Assembly (NCBI GenBank): GCA_964354125.1
Contig: CAYGXW010000002.1
Span: 2,690-66,689, forward strand
Direction: 5' to 3'
Origin: an uncultured Dehalococcoidales bacterium
GTDB lineage: Bacteria > Chloroflexota > Dehalococcoidia > Dehalococcoidales > G020351185
Length of the DNA stretch: 64,000 bases
Both the position numbers and the translations under genes were made by a program. The notes beneath the pieces were generated by a model. That model did no database searches. It had not been told where the DNA came from and saw only the letters and a program-made list of their open reading frames with translations. This document shows, piece by piece, positions 55,511-64,000 of this stretch (position 1 is its first letter; every line of letters begins with the position of its first letter).

Positions 55511-56014
55511 ATGAAATGGTTCAAGATAACACTCCTTATACTGGTTGCTGCCGTGTCTCTTGCCCTGCTGCCGGGATGTAATCTTCAAGATGCCTCGCAG
55601 GCAGAGCAGCCAACAGAGAGTACACATCCTATCTACGATTATTTCTCCGCAGTTTTACTTCTAGAAAGCGATGCCATCAGGGTGGATATCCACTTTTCCG
55701 AACCTATTAACATGGTCATCATAGAAAGGGAAGACCCCCGATTTTCAGAGATTATTCAACACCTTAAGAACTGTATATCGGGCAGTGTTACCCAGAAGAT
55801 AAAGGTAATCGTTGAAAATGGTGTCACCAAAACCGTCCAACTAACCATACCCTACGCCTGGGGGCATTTTCTGGATTTTGAGCTACAAGATGGGGCAGTG
55901 ATGCGTTTCAATGTATCAGATGAAGTGTGGTTTGAGACAGAGGAAACGATTTACAATGCAATCTATAAACCCGATTTTAAAGATTTTTTGAATACTATCC
56001 TTCCCAGAACCTAG
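55511..56014 (+). CDS. putative lipoprotein
   Basis: 167 aa with signal peptide and lipobox (LALLPGC). Confidence 0.6.
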   Translation: MKWFKITLLILVAAVSLALLPGCNLQDASQAEQPTESTHPIYDYFSAVLLLESDAIRVDIHFSEPINMVIIEREDPRFSEIIQHLKNCISGSVTQKIKVIVENGVTKTVQLTIPYAWGHFLDFELQDGAVMRFNVSDEVWFETEETIYNAIYKPDFKDFLNTILPRT

Positions 56015-56023
56015 TTACCTGCA

Positions 56024-57427
56024 TCAGGACTGTGCTGCTTCGGCATAAGCTTTAAGCTTTTTAACCATATAGCCACCCTTAAAGCTATAGCCTAAATCAG
56101 AGCGGTAGTACTCCCGGGCGCCGACACCGCTCAAAACAGCAATCAGGGGCAAGCTAAACTCTTCACCGGCTATCCGCTCCGCCTCTGAAAGTAGTAATCT
56201 GCCCAATCCTTTATGCTGAGCGGCAGCCATATCTCGCTTACCCAGAGCAACCTCTGGCCCAAAGACATGAAGTTCTCTTACCATAGCCAACCTACCATCT
56301 TTTTGCCCTAATCCTGGAAGATGCCCTTCCTGAATCCTCAACCGCATAAGTCCAAAAAGCGTTTCCTTTTCATCTTCAAAAGATAGAAAAACCTCCCGGC
56401 CATCCGAAGCTTCGTAGTCCATCCTTGTTAAAACAGGTTCGCCGATTTCCCAGCCATCTCGTACCCGGTGACCATATTCACGGCAGCGTATGCATTTGCA
56501 GTAGAACCCCTGCTCTTCCATTTTCTGTTTCACCAAACCACGCAGTGAGTCCTTCAGACCGGCGACGATAAACTTTGCCGGAATATCGCGCAGTACCCGT
56601 GAAATTCTAACATATTTGGGGACGATAGCTTTAATACCAGCTACCAGGTTAATCATTGTATTATCGCTATACGGCTGATAGCGCCCATCTCGGTACCACC
56701 ATTCTAGCTCGGTGCCAGCGACCACCATAGTTGGGTATATCTTCAAGCCATCCGGCCTGAAGCGGGCATCATTAAACAACTTCTCAGATAGCGCCAGGTC
56801 ATGCTCTGGGGTTGAGCCAGGAAGACCCGGCATCCAGTGGTAGTGCACCTTAAAACCGTACTTCTTGAGCAATGCTGTGGCGTCAACTACATCTCTTACC
56901 CTGTGCCCGCGGCCTACCAGCTGGTAAATCTGGTCATCTATTGTCTGGACCCCGAGTTCCACCCTGGTGGTGCCAAACTCAAGCATCCTGTCTACTTCTC
57001 CTTGACGGCACCAGTCAGGCCTGGTTTCAATACATAATCCGACACAACGGTGTTTACTGGTTTCATTAAGACGCTTTGACTCCTCTAGATTGGTTGACCT
57101 GACTCCATTCAGGGCATCATAACAGTCCTTAATAACCTGATACTGATAATCTACCGGGCAGGCAAGAAAGGTGCCGCCCATTATTATAAGCTCAACCTTA
57201 TCTGTGGGGTGCCCCATTTGGGATAGTATTTTTAGCCTAAGTTCAACCTGTTTTTTGGCGTCATAACCACACTTTATCGCCCGAAGTACTGCCGGCGACT
57301 CTGGAGTATAGCTCTGGGGTGTCAATATATAGGTAGGGCAATAAATGCAATGTCCTGGGCACTCCATAGGCATGGTCATCACTGCCACCGGGGTCACTCC
57401 CGATATCGTCCTGGCCAGTTTCTTCAT
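56024..57427 (-). CDS. elp3: bacterial Elp3 homolog (radical-SAM plus GNAT tRNA wobble-uridine modification enzyme)
   Basis: 467 aa with the radical-SAM motif CPGHCIYCP near the N-terminus and a C-terminal GNAT domain (QHKGLGRLLLSEAE). Confidence 0.9.
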   Translation of the reverse strand: MKKLARTISGVTPVAVMTMPMECPGHCIYCPTYILTPQSYTPESPAVLRAIKCGYDAKKQVELRLKILSQMGHPTDKVELIIMGGTFLACPVDYQYQVIKDCYDALNGVRSTNLEESKRLNETSKHRCVGLCIETRPDWCRQGEVDRMLEFGTTRVELGVQTIDDQIYQLVGRGHRVRDVVDATALLKKYGFKVHYHWMPGLPGSTPEHDLALSEKLFNDARFRPDGLKIYPTMVVAGTELEWWYRDGRYQPYSDNTMINLVAGIKAIVPKYVRISRVLRDIPAKFIVAGLKDSLRGLVKQKMEEQGFYCKCIRCREYGHRVRDGWEIGEPVLTRMDYEASDGREVFLSFEDEKETLFGLMRLRIQEGHLPGLGQKDGRLAMVRELHVFGPEVALGKRDMAAAQHKGLGRLLLSEAERIAGEEFSLPLIAVLSGVGAREYYRSDLGYSFKGGYMVKKLKAYAEAAQS

Positions 57428-57506
57428 TTTCTATTATACTTCCCAAAGTATTATAATCAGTCTATCAGGTTCAGGCAACAACCTAAGCTTCCAAAGGGAT
57501 AATCTA

Positions 57507-58160
57507 TTGGTTAACAACCCAGAAAATGTCTTTAATCAGATAGCGCCGGGGTGGTACAACTTCAGGCATTGGTCTATCTTTAGTAAAGAACTGGAGACAA
57601 TAGCTCAGCGCTGGCATAAGGGTAAACTGCTTAACCTGGGCTGTGCCCATGGACCTGACTTCCTCCCCTTCATAAACAGCTTTAAACTATATGGAGTTGA
57701 CTTTTCATCAGAGATGCTCAATCTTGCCCGAAAGTACTCCATGAAATTTCACTTTGATGCCGAGCTATCACTAGCCGATGTTAGTTACCTGCCCTACTCC
57801 AATGAGACATTTGATTGGGCAATATCGGTGGCTACCTATCATCATATAAAGGGTAAAGCAGAAAGACAAAGGGCATTAAACGAACTATGGCGGGTTTTAA
57901 AACCCAATGGCGAAGCATTTATCACGGTATGGAACCGATGGCAACCCAGGTTCTGGCTAAAATCTAAAGAACTATTTATCCCTTGGCAAAAGAAGGGCAA
58001 AACCCTTTACCGCTATTATTATCTTTTTTCCTATGCCGAGCTGGAGAAAATGACTAAAAAGGCTGGATTTCAGGTAATGAGTTCCCTTCCTGAAAGCTCA
58101 TACCGCTTCCCATTCAATATATTTTCTCGCAATATATGCCTTCTAATAAAAAAGGGGTAG
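57507..58160 (+). CDS. class I SAM-dependent methyltransferase, Trm9/ALKBH8-MTase-like
   Basis: VFNQIAPGWYNFRH, LLNLGCAHG (motif I), LPYSNETFDWAISVATYHH, EAFITVWN, LFIPWQ and YRYYYLFSYAELEKMTKKAGFQV are colinear with yeast Trm9 as I recall it. The TTG start at 57507 is tentative. The ORF-track start at 57345 overlaps elp3. Confidence 0.7.
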   Translation: MVNNPENVFNQIAPGWYNFRHWSIFSKELETIAQRWHKGKLLNLGCAHGPDFLPFINSFKLYGVDFSSEMLNLARKYSMKFHFDAELSLADVSYLPYSNETFDWAISVATYHHIKGKAERQRALNELWRVLKPNGEAFITVWNRWQPRFWLKSKELFIPWQKKGKTLYRYYYLFSYAELEKMTKKAGFQVMSSLPESSYRFPFNIFSRNICLLIKKG

Positions 58161-58224
58161 TTAGTTTGCCTATCTATAGTCAAATTGATAATATTATCAG
58201 GTGCAATTATAAGGTGTTTGAGAA

Positions 58225-58764
58225 TTGATGAATAATCAGAGTAAAAACGGGAGGTTTCGCCAGATGCTTATCCCAACAATAATAATGGGTGTTATTGCCA
58301 TCGCTCTTCTTATTATTGCTTACCTGAAGGGTGGTGGAGAGCATATCCTAGGCTTAAAAGAAGCCGGCAAAATACTGCTCCAGATTCTACCCTTATTGAT
58401 TTTTGCCTTCATTATTGCTGGCATGGTCAAGATACTTGTTCCCACCGAAATGATATCTAAGTGGGTGGGGACGGAATCCGGTTTTCGCGGTATCCTGATT
58501 GGTACTGTAGTTGGTGGTTTATCCCCAGGTGGTCCCTATACCTCTATGCCCATTGCCGCCGGTCTATTACAAGCCGGTGCCGGTATCGGTACTATGGTTG
58601 CCTTTATGACCGGGTGGTCACTATGGGCTTTTACCCGCTTGCCATTAGAAGTAGGTATAATGGGTTGGAAATTCACCGGCATCCGCCTTGCCTGCACCTT
58701 CTTCTTCCCCATTATAGCCGGGCTGATAGCCAACCTGTTCTTTTCTAAAGTAAACATCATCTGA
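58225..58764 (+). CDS. small integral-membrane permease-like protein (ArsP/DUF318-like)
   Basis: 179 aa with 4-5 predicted TM helices and Gly-rich loops (GGLSPGGPY). Confidence 0.55.
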   Translation: MMNNQSKNGRFRQMLIPTIIMGVIAIALLIIAYLKGGGEHILGLKEAGKILLQILPLLIFAFIIAGMVKILVPTEMISKWVGTESGFRGILIGTVVGGLSPGGPYTSMPIAAGLLQAGAGIGTMVAFMTGWSLWAFTRLPLEVGIMGWKFTGIRLACTFFFPIIAGLIANLFFSKVNII

Positions 58765-58807
58765 TAATAACCATTTATAGAAAAACTATAAGGAGGGGTA
58801 TTAAGCT

Positions 58808-59023
58808 ATGTTAGTCAAGATAAAATGCCCTAGCTGTGCTACCGAAGGCACCATTTCCCTTGTGGAGCCAAATTACAAGGGGCCATATCGCTGCTGGAAG
58901 TGCCGTCAACTGTTCGCTATCAAGCTGGAGAACAACAAACTTCAGAGCTGTGAACCCATGAGCCAGGAGGAGCTTGATAAACTGCAGGAAATTGAAGCCT
59001 TGAAGAAAAAGTTCCAAAAATGA
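58808..59023 (+). CDS. zinc-ribbon protein
   Basis: 71 aa with CPSC...CWKC, and AGGAGGGG upstream. Confidence 0.5.
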   Translation: MLVKIKCPSCATEGTISLVEPNYKGPYRCWKCRQLFAIKLENNKLQSCEPMSQEELDKLQEIEALKKKFQK

Positions 59024-59042
59024 ACTAATAAAAGGAGCTAAA

Positions 59043-59165
59043 ATGGGCGTTAAAAAGGTCGGTGAGAAGTACCGGTGCAATGTATGCCGTAACGAGGTAA
59101 CAGTTACCAAGGTCGGTGGCGGCACCCTCGTCTGCTGTGGGCAAGATATGGAGAAGATTAAGTAG
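59043..59165 (+). CDS. desulforedoxin-like 40-aa protein
   Basis: Not in the ORF track. MGVKKVGEKYRCNVCRNEVTVTKVGGGTLVCCGQDMEKIK matches desulforedoxin (YKCELCGQVV...GGGTLVCCGEDM). AGGAG lies 7 nt upstream. Confidence 0.75.
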   Translation: MGVKKVGEKYRCNVCRNEVTVTKVGGGTLVCCGQDMEKIK

Positions 59166-59208
59166 TAATCACCTACAGATTTGCCTAGAATCAAGATAAG
59201 GAGGCACT

Positions 59209-59391
59209 ATGCCGGTAGTTATTATTGAGATGTGGCAGGGACGCACCATTGAGCAAAAAAGACAGCTGGCTAAGGGCATTACCGAGGAATTTATTAAAAT
59301 TGGTGTTCCCCAAGACCAGGTTCATATCATTTTTAAGGATAACCCGAAGCATAATTGGGCAACCGGCGGTAAACTCGCCTCTGAAGAGTAA
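59209..59391 (+). CDS. 4-oxalocrotonate tautomerase family protein
   Basis: 60 aa with N-terminal MPVVIIEM (catalytic Pro1 context), the typical 4-OT length and pattern. Confidence 0.8.
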   Translation: MPVVIIEMWQGRTIEQKRQLAKGITEEFIKIGVPQDQVHIIFKDNPKHNWATGGKLASEE

Positions 59392-59409
59392 TAGTGGGAT
59401 ATTTAATTG

Positions 59410-59982
59410 CTAGCGCACACCCTGATACAGGGCTATGCCCCATTTTTTAGAGTGTTCTTGCCTCAAAAGCTCCAATCTTTCCTTAAAAGAGGCTGAGTAT
59501 ATCTCCTCTGCAGTCATTATCAAGGCATCCTCTCTGTTATCTGAATAATAGCCACGTCGTATCCCTTTTAGGGCAAAGCCGTACTTATAATAAAGGCTCT
59601 GGGCAGTGCTATTTGAGGCACGCACCTCCAGAGTAATGAGCTGGGCACCCTTCTCTATAGCCAGACCAATAAGGGATATAAGCAGTAATTCACCTATGCC
59701 CCGGCGGCGATAGGTCTGCTGTACGGCAATGTTGACTATATGAGCTTCACCAGCCATAATCCAGAAGCCGGCAAGACCAATAATGTATTGCCCATTATGT
59801 TCACCGACTGCCCTCTGGTTATCATAGGCTACAATATAATGGGCTAGCTGGTTCTTTAGTTCACGCTTATAGTTAGTTGGTGGCAGCATGCTGGGAAAGG
59901 CTTCCAGGTCAATCTCGGTAACCTGAGTAATGTCTTCCCACCGCATGGGGCGTATACAGTAGGACAAGCTCTTAGCCTCCAA
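59410..59982 (-). CDS. rimI: GNAT N-acetyltransferase, RimI-like
   Basis: 190 aa with the acetyl-CoA motif QQTYRRRGIGELLL and a RimI-like size. The start (TTG at 59982, or a later Met) is uncertain. Confidence 0.7.
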   Translation of the reverse strand: MEAKSLSYCIRPMRWEDITQVTEIDLEAFPSMLPPTNYKRELKNQLAHYIVAYDNQRAVGEHNGQYIIGLAGFWIMAGEAHIVNIAVQQTYRRRGIGELLLISLIGLAIEKGAQLITLEVRASNSTAQSLYYKYGFALKGIRRGYYSDNREDALIMTAEEIYSASFKERLELLRQEHSKKWGIALYQGVR

Positions 59983-60052
59983 AAAGTTTTATGAGCCAAT
60001 ATGGAGTGGATTGCTGCTTAATTCTATCACTTTTATCTTTTTAACTAACAGA

Positions 60053-60601
60053 TTATTCTGTCTTTATATTGTCATATCGTTCCCATTCACTATAAACACA
60101 GCCGCAGTACTGCTGGCGATAAAGAGCCATCGGCCTGGTTATATGGCGGCTATCCGAGTAGCGTTTCCTTAGGTCAGCATAAAGAAAGGATATACCCATT
60201 TTTTCAGCCAGCTCATTCCCAATTTCAAGTATCAGGTCATGCTTCTGGTGGGGGCTAATAAGCAAGCTTGAGGTAAAAGCATTAAAACCAAGTTTAAGAG
60301 CGGTTTCAGCCGTCTTTTGCAGGCGGAGATGAAAACAATGCCGGCAGCGCTGGGCTTCATTTCCAGTTACCCTCCGAAAGTATTCTATTATGTCGTAGTC
60401 ATCGGTTGCAATCAGGGGAAAATCCAGTTCTTTGGCTAGGGACTGTATTGCCTCAAGACGATGCTGATGTTCCATATAGGGGTGTATATTAGGGTTATAC
60501 CACAAGGCGCTCGGCTCATACCCCTGCTGCTTCCAGTGGGTAATGGTATAGGCAGTGCAGTGAGCACAACAGCAATGAACCAGAACAGAATTAGTCTTCA
60601 T
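60053..60601 (-). CDS. queH: epoxyqueuosine reductase QueH (DUF208)
   Basis: 182 aa from MKTNSVLVHCCCAHC, with later CRHCFHLRL and QYCGC. The ORF-track extension overlaps ruvB. Confidence 0.85.
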   Translation of the reverse strand: MKTNSVLVHCCCAHCTAYTITHWKQQGYEPSALWYNPNIHPYMEHQHRLEAIQSLAKELDFPLIATDDYDIIEYFRRVTGNEAQRCRHCFHLRLQKTAETALKLGFNAFTSSLLISPHQKHDLILEIGNELAEKMGISFLYADLRKRYSDSRHITRPMALYRQQYCGCVYSEWERYDNIKTE

Positions 60602-60614
60602 ACCGGATGCCAGA

Positions 60615-61637
60615 CTATAAAAGGGTTGGCTGAGGGTGCTTCTCTTTGTTATATGGAAGCCCAAGGTGCTGATAGGCCAGTGGTGTAACCAGGCGACCAC
60701 GAGGGGTACGCTCTAAAAAACCCAGTTGCATCAGATACGGTTCATAGACATCCATAATAGTATCTGCCTCTTCACTGATGGAGGCGGCAATGGTATCCAG
60801 GCCAACTGGTCCACCATTGAACTTCTCAATTATGGTATGCAGCACCTTGTGGTCTATCTCATCCAGACCTATCGGGTCAATCTCAAGCTTGGACAGTGCT
60901 TCAACTGCCGCCCTCTGGTTAACGGTACCATCAGACATCACCTGAGCATAGTCCCTGACCCGTCTAAGTATCCTATTGGATACCCGCGGCGTGCCCCTAG
61001 CACGGCAGGCTATCTCACTAAGCCCTTTAGCTTCAGCTTTTACCCTAAGGATGCTGGCGGAACGTTTTAGGATGGTTTCTATTGATGCCTGGTCATAAAA
61101 ATCTAGGCGATAGACGGCACCAAACCTGTCTCTTAGGGGCGGGCTTAGCTGGGCAAATCGTGTGGTGGCACCAATCAGGGTAAAGGCAGGCAGACTCAGC
61201 CTCAGGCTTCTGGCACCAGGCCCCTTGCCGATGATAATGTCTAGAGCCCTGTCTTCCATAGCCGGATAGAGTACTTCCTCCACCGCCCGATTCAGACGGT
61301 GGATTTCATCAATAAAGAGGACGTCCTGGCTGTGGAGATTAGTTAGTATAGCCGCCAGTTCACCGGTCCTTTCTATTGCCGGACCAGAGGTAATCCTGAT
61401 TTTAACACCCATCTCATTGGCTATTATATAAGCCAGCGTTGTCTTACCCAAGCCAGGTGGGCCATACAATAAAATATGGTCCAGCGCCTCACCCCTACCC
61501 TTGGCGGCAGCAATAGCAATGCTCAGGTTTTCCTTAATCCTAGACTGCCCTATAAAATCATTAAGGGACTGAGGTCTTAGGTTGGCATCAAGGGGTATGT
61601 CTTCAGCACCAGGTTTACCTGAGATAATCCGCTCTAT
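60615..61637 (-). CDS. ruvB: Holliday junction branch migration ATPase RuvB (non-canonical start, ATA at 61637 or ATT at 61643)
   Basis: Walker [10 protein letters not shown] and full RuvB colinearity. The conserved N-terminus [30 protein letters not shown] lies upstream of the first canonical start (TTG at 61469). The frame is closed by the TGA at 61644-61646. Confidence 0.88.
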   Translation of the reverse strand: MERIISGKPGAEDIPLDANLRPQSLNDFIGQSRIKENLSIAIAAAKGRGEALDHILLYGPPGLGKTTLAYIIANEMGVKIRITSGPAIERTGELAAILTNLHSQDVLFIDEIHRLNRAVEEVLYPAMEDRALDIIIGKGPGARSLRLSLPAFTLIGATTRFAQLSPPLRDRFGAVYRLDFYDQASIETILKRSASILRVKAEAKGLSEIACRARGTPRVSNRILRRVRDYAQVMSDGTVNQRAAVEALSKLEIDPIGLDEIDHKVLHTIIEKFNGGPVGLDTIAASISEEADTIMDVYEPYLMQLGFLERTPRGRLVTPLAYQHLGLPYNKEKHPQPTLL

Positions 61638-61738
61638 TCTAATTCACCCCCAGATATTATGTAAACAAGCTCTAAAGCTAAACCATATCCTTAGCTATTA
61701 TACCATATCTTTTATATTATTAGCGTTGTTCCTCAAAT

Positions 61739-61777
61739 AAATAGAGCCGCCCTGTCTTTCTTAGGGCGGCTCTATTT
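61739..61777 (-). terminator. hairpin terminator downstream of rpoC
   Basis: 15-bp perfect inverted repeat AAATAGAGCCGCCCT-N9-AGGGCGGCTCTATTT, followed by a T-rich sequence on the minus strand. Confidence 0.55.
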
Positions 61778-61844
61778 ATTTGCCAATAGAATGAAGGCGG
61801 TACGATAAGACCTATATAGCTGTCTCTCACCCTGTTTCTTTATT

Positions 61845-64000
61845 TTAACCTTTAATCTCTGAAGGCTCGGAGGGCAGTAGCTGTACTTCTCTGCCTAGCT
61901 CTAACCTTTGTGCTTCCTCCTCTTCCATTTCTAATTTCATGGCTGCTTCCTCGGTTGCCTCCTTGCAAGCGCGACACCGGGCTGGGATTAGCTTGCCAAT
62001 GATTACATTCTCTTTAAGGCCGGTTAGTCTATCCACCTTGCTATAGATTGCTGCCTCAGTAAGTACCCTATTAGTCTCCTGAAAAGAAGCGGCTGCCAGC
62101 CAGCTATCAGTGCTCAAACTCGCCCTTGTTATACCCATAAGTACCGTATGAGCCGTGGCTGGCTCACCGCCTTCAGCTAGCACCTTGGCATTAACTTCCT
62201 CATAACGAAATCTATCCACCAGTTCTCTGGGCACCAAATCGGTATCACCCGGAGAATCTATCCTGACCTTGGACAGCATCTGCCGCACAATAACCTCTAC
62301 ATGTTTATCATTTATATGAACCCCTTGAGAGCAGTATACCTTCTGTACCTCATCCACCAGATACCGCTGAACAGCTTCCTTGCCTAAAACAACCAGGATA
62401 TCCTGTGGGTTGATAGAGCCATCGGTAAGTTGTTGACCTGCTTTAACCAAATCTCCAGATTGAACACGGATATGGGTAGCCGCCGGAATGCTGTACTCCC
62501 GTTCCTCCGTCTCTTCATACTTTATAGACAATTTACCATCCTTGATATTAACCTCCCCGGCGACACGGGCTAGGATAGGCTCAGCCAGTTCTTTAGACTT
62601 TGAAGCTTTATGCTTAGGAGACGGGCTAGTCAGAATGGTGCCAATGTCTACCATTTGACCACTCTTAACCAAAACTTGCCAGCCGGATGGCAATATATAT
62701 TCATCATGGAATGTATCAGAACTGGTAATCTTAATCCACCTGCCATCATCGTTATCAACTACTTCAGCTACACCATCTATCTCTGATATTATTGCTTGAG
62801 ACTTAGGGGGTCTGGCCTCGAATAGTTCCTCCACTCTGGGCAGACCGCTGGTGATATCAAGCCCGACCACGCCACCAGTATGGAAGGTGCGCAGTGTTAG
62901 TTGAGTACCCGGCTCACCAATACTCTGGGCAGCGATTATCCCCACCGCTGTGCTTAGGTCAACCAGATGTCCTCGGGCAAGGTCTCTGCCATAGCATCCC
63001 TGACATACACCCCGCATCAATTGACAATTGAGTGGTGACCTGACTTGCACCTTCTTTATCCCAGCGGTAATAATTTCACCCGCCTTCTTTTCATCAATTT
63101 CCTCGTTGCGGTTGACTATAGTTTCCTCGGTTTTGGGATTAACTACTATATCGGCTGCCAGACGACCTATTATTCGTTCAGCAAATGAAGGCAGCATTTC
63201 CTTCTCCCGGGGTTCTGAAATCCAGGTTCCCTCAGTAGTACCACAGTCCTCCCCGAGAACAATCACATCCTGAGTTACATCAACCAGGCGCCTGGTAAGG
63301 TAGCCACTGCCTGATGTCCGCAGAGCAGTATCAGCCAGTCCTTTGCGGGCGCCGTGAGTGGAGATGAAGTATTCCATAGCGCTAAGTCCTTCGCGAAGGC
63401 TCGACTTTATTGGGAAATCTATAATCTTTCCTGCCGGGTTAGTCATAAGCCCTCGCATCCCTATCATCTGTCTAATCTGAGAAATATTTCCCTTGGCTCC
63501 CGAAGTTGCCATCATATAGATACTGCCATATTTGTCAAGGGAATCAGTGATAGCGCTTGTCAGGCGGTCAATAGTCGCCATCCATACTTCTATGACACTG
63601 CTGTACCTTTCATCCTCTGTAATCAAACCACGTTGATATTGGCTCTCAATGATAGCCGTCCTCTCATCCGCTTCCTCCAGTAACTTCGGTTTTACTGTAG
63701 GGACCTCAATATCACTCATAGCTATAGTAATCCCTGATTTGGTGGCGTATTGGAATCCTAACTGTTTTAAGCCGTCTAACATCCCCGCCATAGCTTCATT
63801 ATTAATTAATTTATAGCAATCGGTTATTATTTGTTTTAGGCATGATTTATCAACTGTTTTATTAACAAAACCTATCTCCGAAGGTAAAATATCATTAAAG
63901 ATGATACGCCCAACGCTTGTTTTTAACCTTTGTCCTTCTTTCTGCCTGACCTCAATCGCATCTCTAAGGTCAATAGTACCAAGCTCGTAGGCAAGCTTTG
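61845..64000 (-). CDS. rpoC: DNA-directed RNA polymerase beta' subunit, C-terminal part (5' end beyond the window)
   Basis: The frame stays open to the window edge (…KLAYELGTIDLRDAIEV…GRIIFNDILP…). Contains trigger-loop/jaw regions (GEPGTQLTLRTFHTGG). The ORF-track Met at 63791 is internal. Confidence 0.93.
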   Translation of the reverse strand, partial: KLAYELGTIDLRDAIEVRQKEGQRLKTSVGRIIFNDILPSEIGFVNKTVDKSCLKQIITDCYKLINNEAMAGMLDGLKQLGFQYATKSGITIAMSDIEVPTVKPKLLEEADERTAIIESQYQRGLITEDERYSSVIEVWMATIDRLTSAITDSLDKYGSIYMMATSGAKGNISQIRQMIGMRGLMTNPAGKIIDFPIKSSLREGLSAMEYFISTHGARKGLADTALRTSGSGYLTRRLVDVTQDVIVLGEDCGTTEGTWISEPREKEMLPSFAERIIGRLAADIVVNPKTEETIVNRNEEIDEKKAGEIITAGIKKVQVRSPLNCQLMRGVCQGCYGRDLARGHLVDLSTAVGIIAAQSIGEPGTQLTLRTFHTGGVVGLDITSGLPRVEELFEARPPKSQAIISEIDGVAEVVDNDDGRWIKITSSDTFHDEYILPSGWQVLVKSGQMVDIGTILTSPSPKHKASKSKELAEPILARVAGEVNIKDGKLSIKYEETEEREYSIPAATHIRVQSGDLVKAGQQLTDGSINPQDILVVLGKEAVQRYLVDEVQKVYCSQGVHINDKHVEVIVRQMLSKVRIDSPGDTDLVPRELVDRFRYEEVNAKVLAEGGEPATAHTVLMGITRASLSTDSWLAAASFQETNRVLTEAAIYSKVDRLTGLKENVIIGKLIPARCRACKEATEEAAMKLEMEEEEAQRLELGREVQLLPSEPSEIKG

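Overview
This is a 64-kb chromosomal window from an anaerobic bacterium. The gene content looks like Chloroflexota or Dehalococcoidia: a bacterial Elp3, archaeal-type GlmU/GlmM enzymes, a Wood-Ljungdahl carbonyl-branch cluster and B12 uptake. That taxonomic placement is an inference only. Most of the window is core metabolism and housekeeping. In order it contains trpBA and an HTH gene plus an orphan pilT. Next comes a decayed IS/ABC-2 scar and a small accessory block ending at tRNA-Pro. A minus-strand unit follows, running tRNA-Arg, porGDAB, nuoE/nuoF-like genes, an Fe-S protein and tRNA-Pro. After it lie a patch of gene fragments and an AT-rich islet bracketed by two tRNA-Ser genes, which carries a frameshifted GHKL ATPase. 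Then come dprA-topA-xerC-pepP-efp, a block of PHP, formyltransferase, HAD and PfkB genes, and clpP-tig-aspS. A roughly 15-kb acs/cooC/fhs/folD cluster has an embedded fur gene. It is followed by glmM, two glmU-like genes and glmS, then trxA and a cobalamin riboswitch with btuFCD. The window ends with elp3 divergent from a Trm9-like methyltransferase, several small redox proteins, rimI, queH, ruvB and the 3' part of rpoC. I saw no rRNA, no CRISPR array, no intact mobile element and no recognisable multi-gene defence system. The signals most worth a second look are listed here. (1) A structured repeat of about 80-90 nt occurs three times in the same orientation, and its 3' end supplies an extended Shine-Dalgarno sequence. 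(2) Two conserved genes, ruvB and a HAD hydrolase, can only be full length if they start at AUA 5-6 nt after GGGGGUGA. (3) A POR operon bracketed by tRNAs is fused to a NuoEF-type module that has no catalytic partner. (4) elp3 is paired with a Trm9-like methyltransferase. (5) An exact 18-mer is shared by the POR and WL control regions. (6) A fur gene with its own promoter and operator sits inside the acs cluster. (7) Degraded islets lie next to tRNA genes. All coordinates were counted by hand, and no database search was possible.
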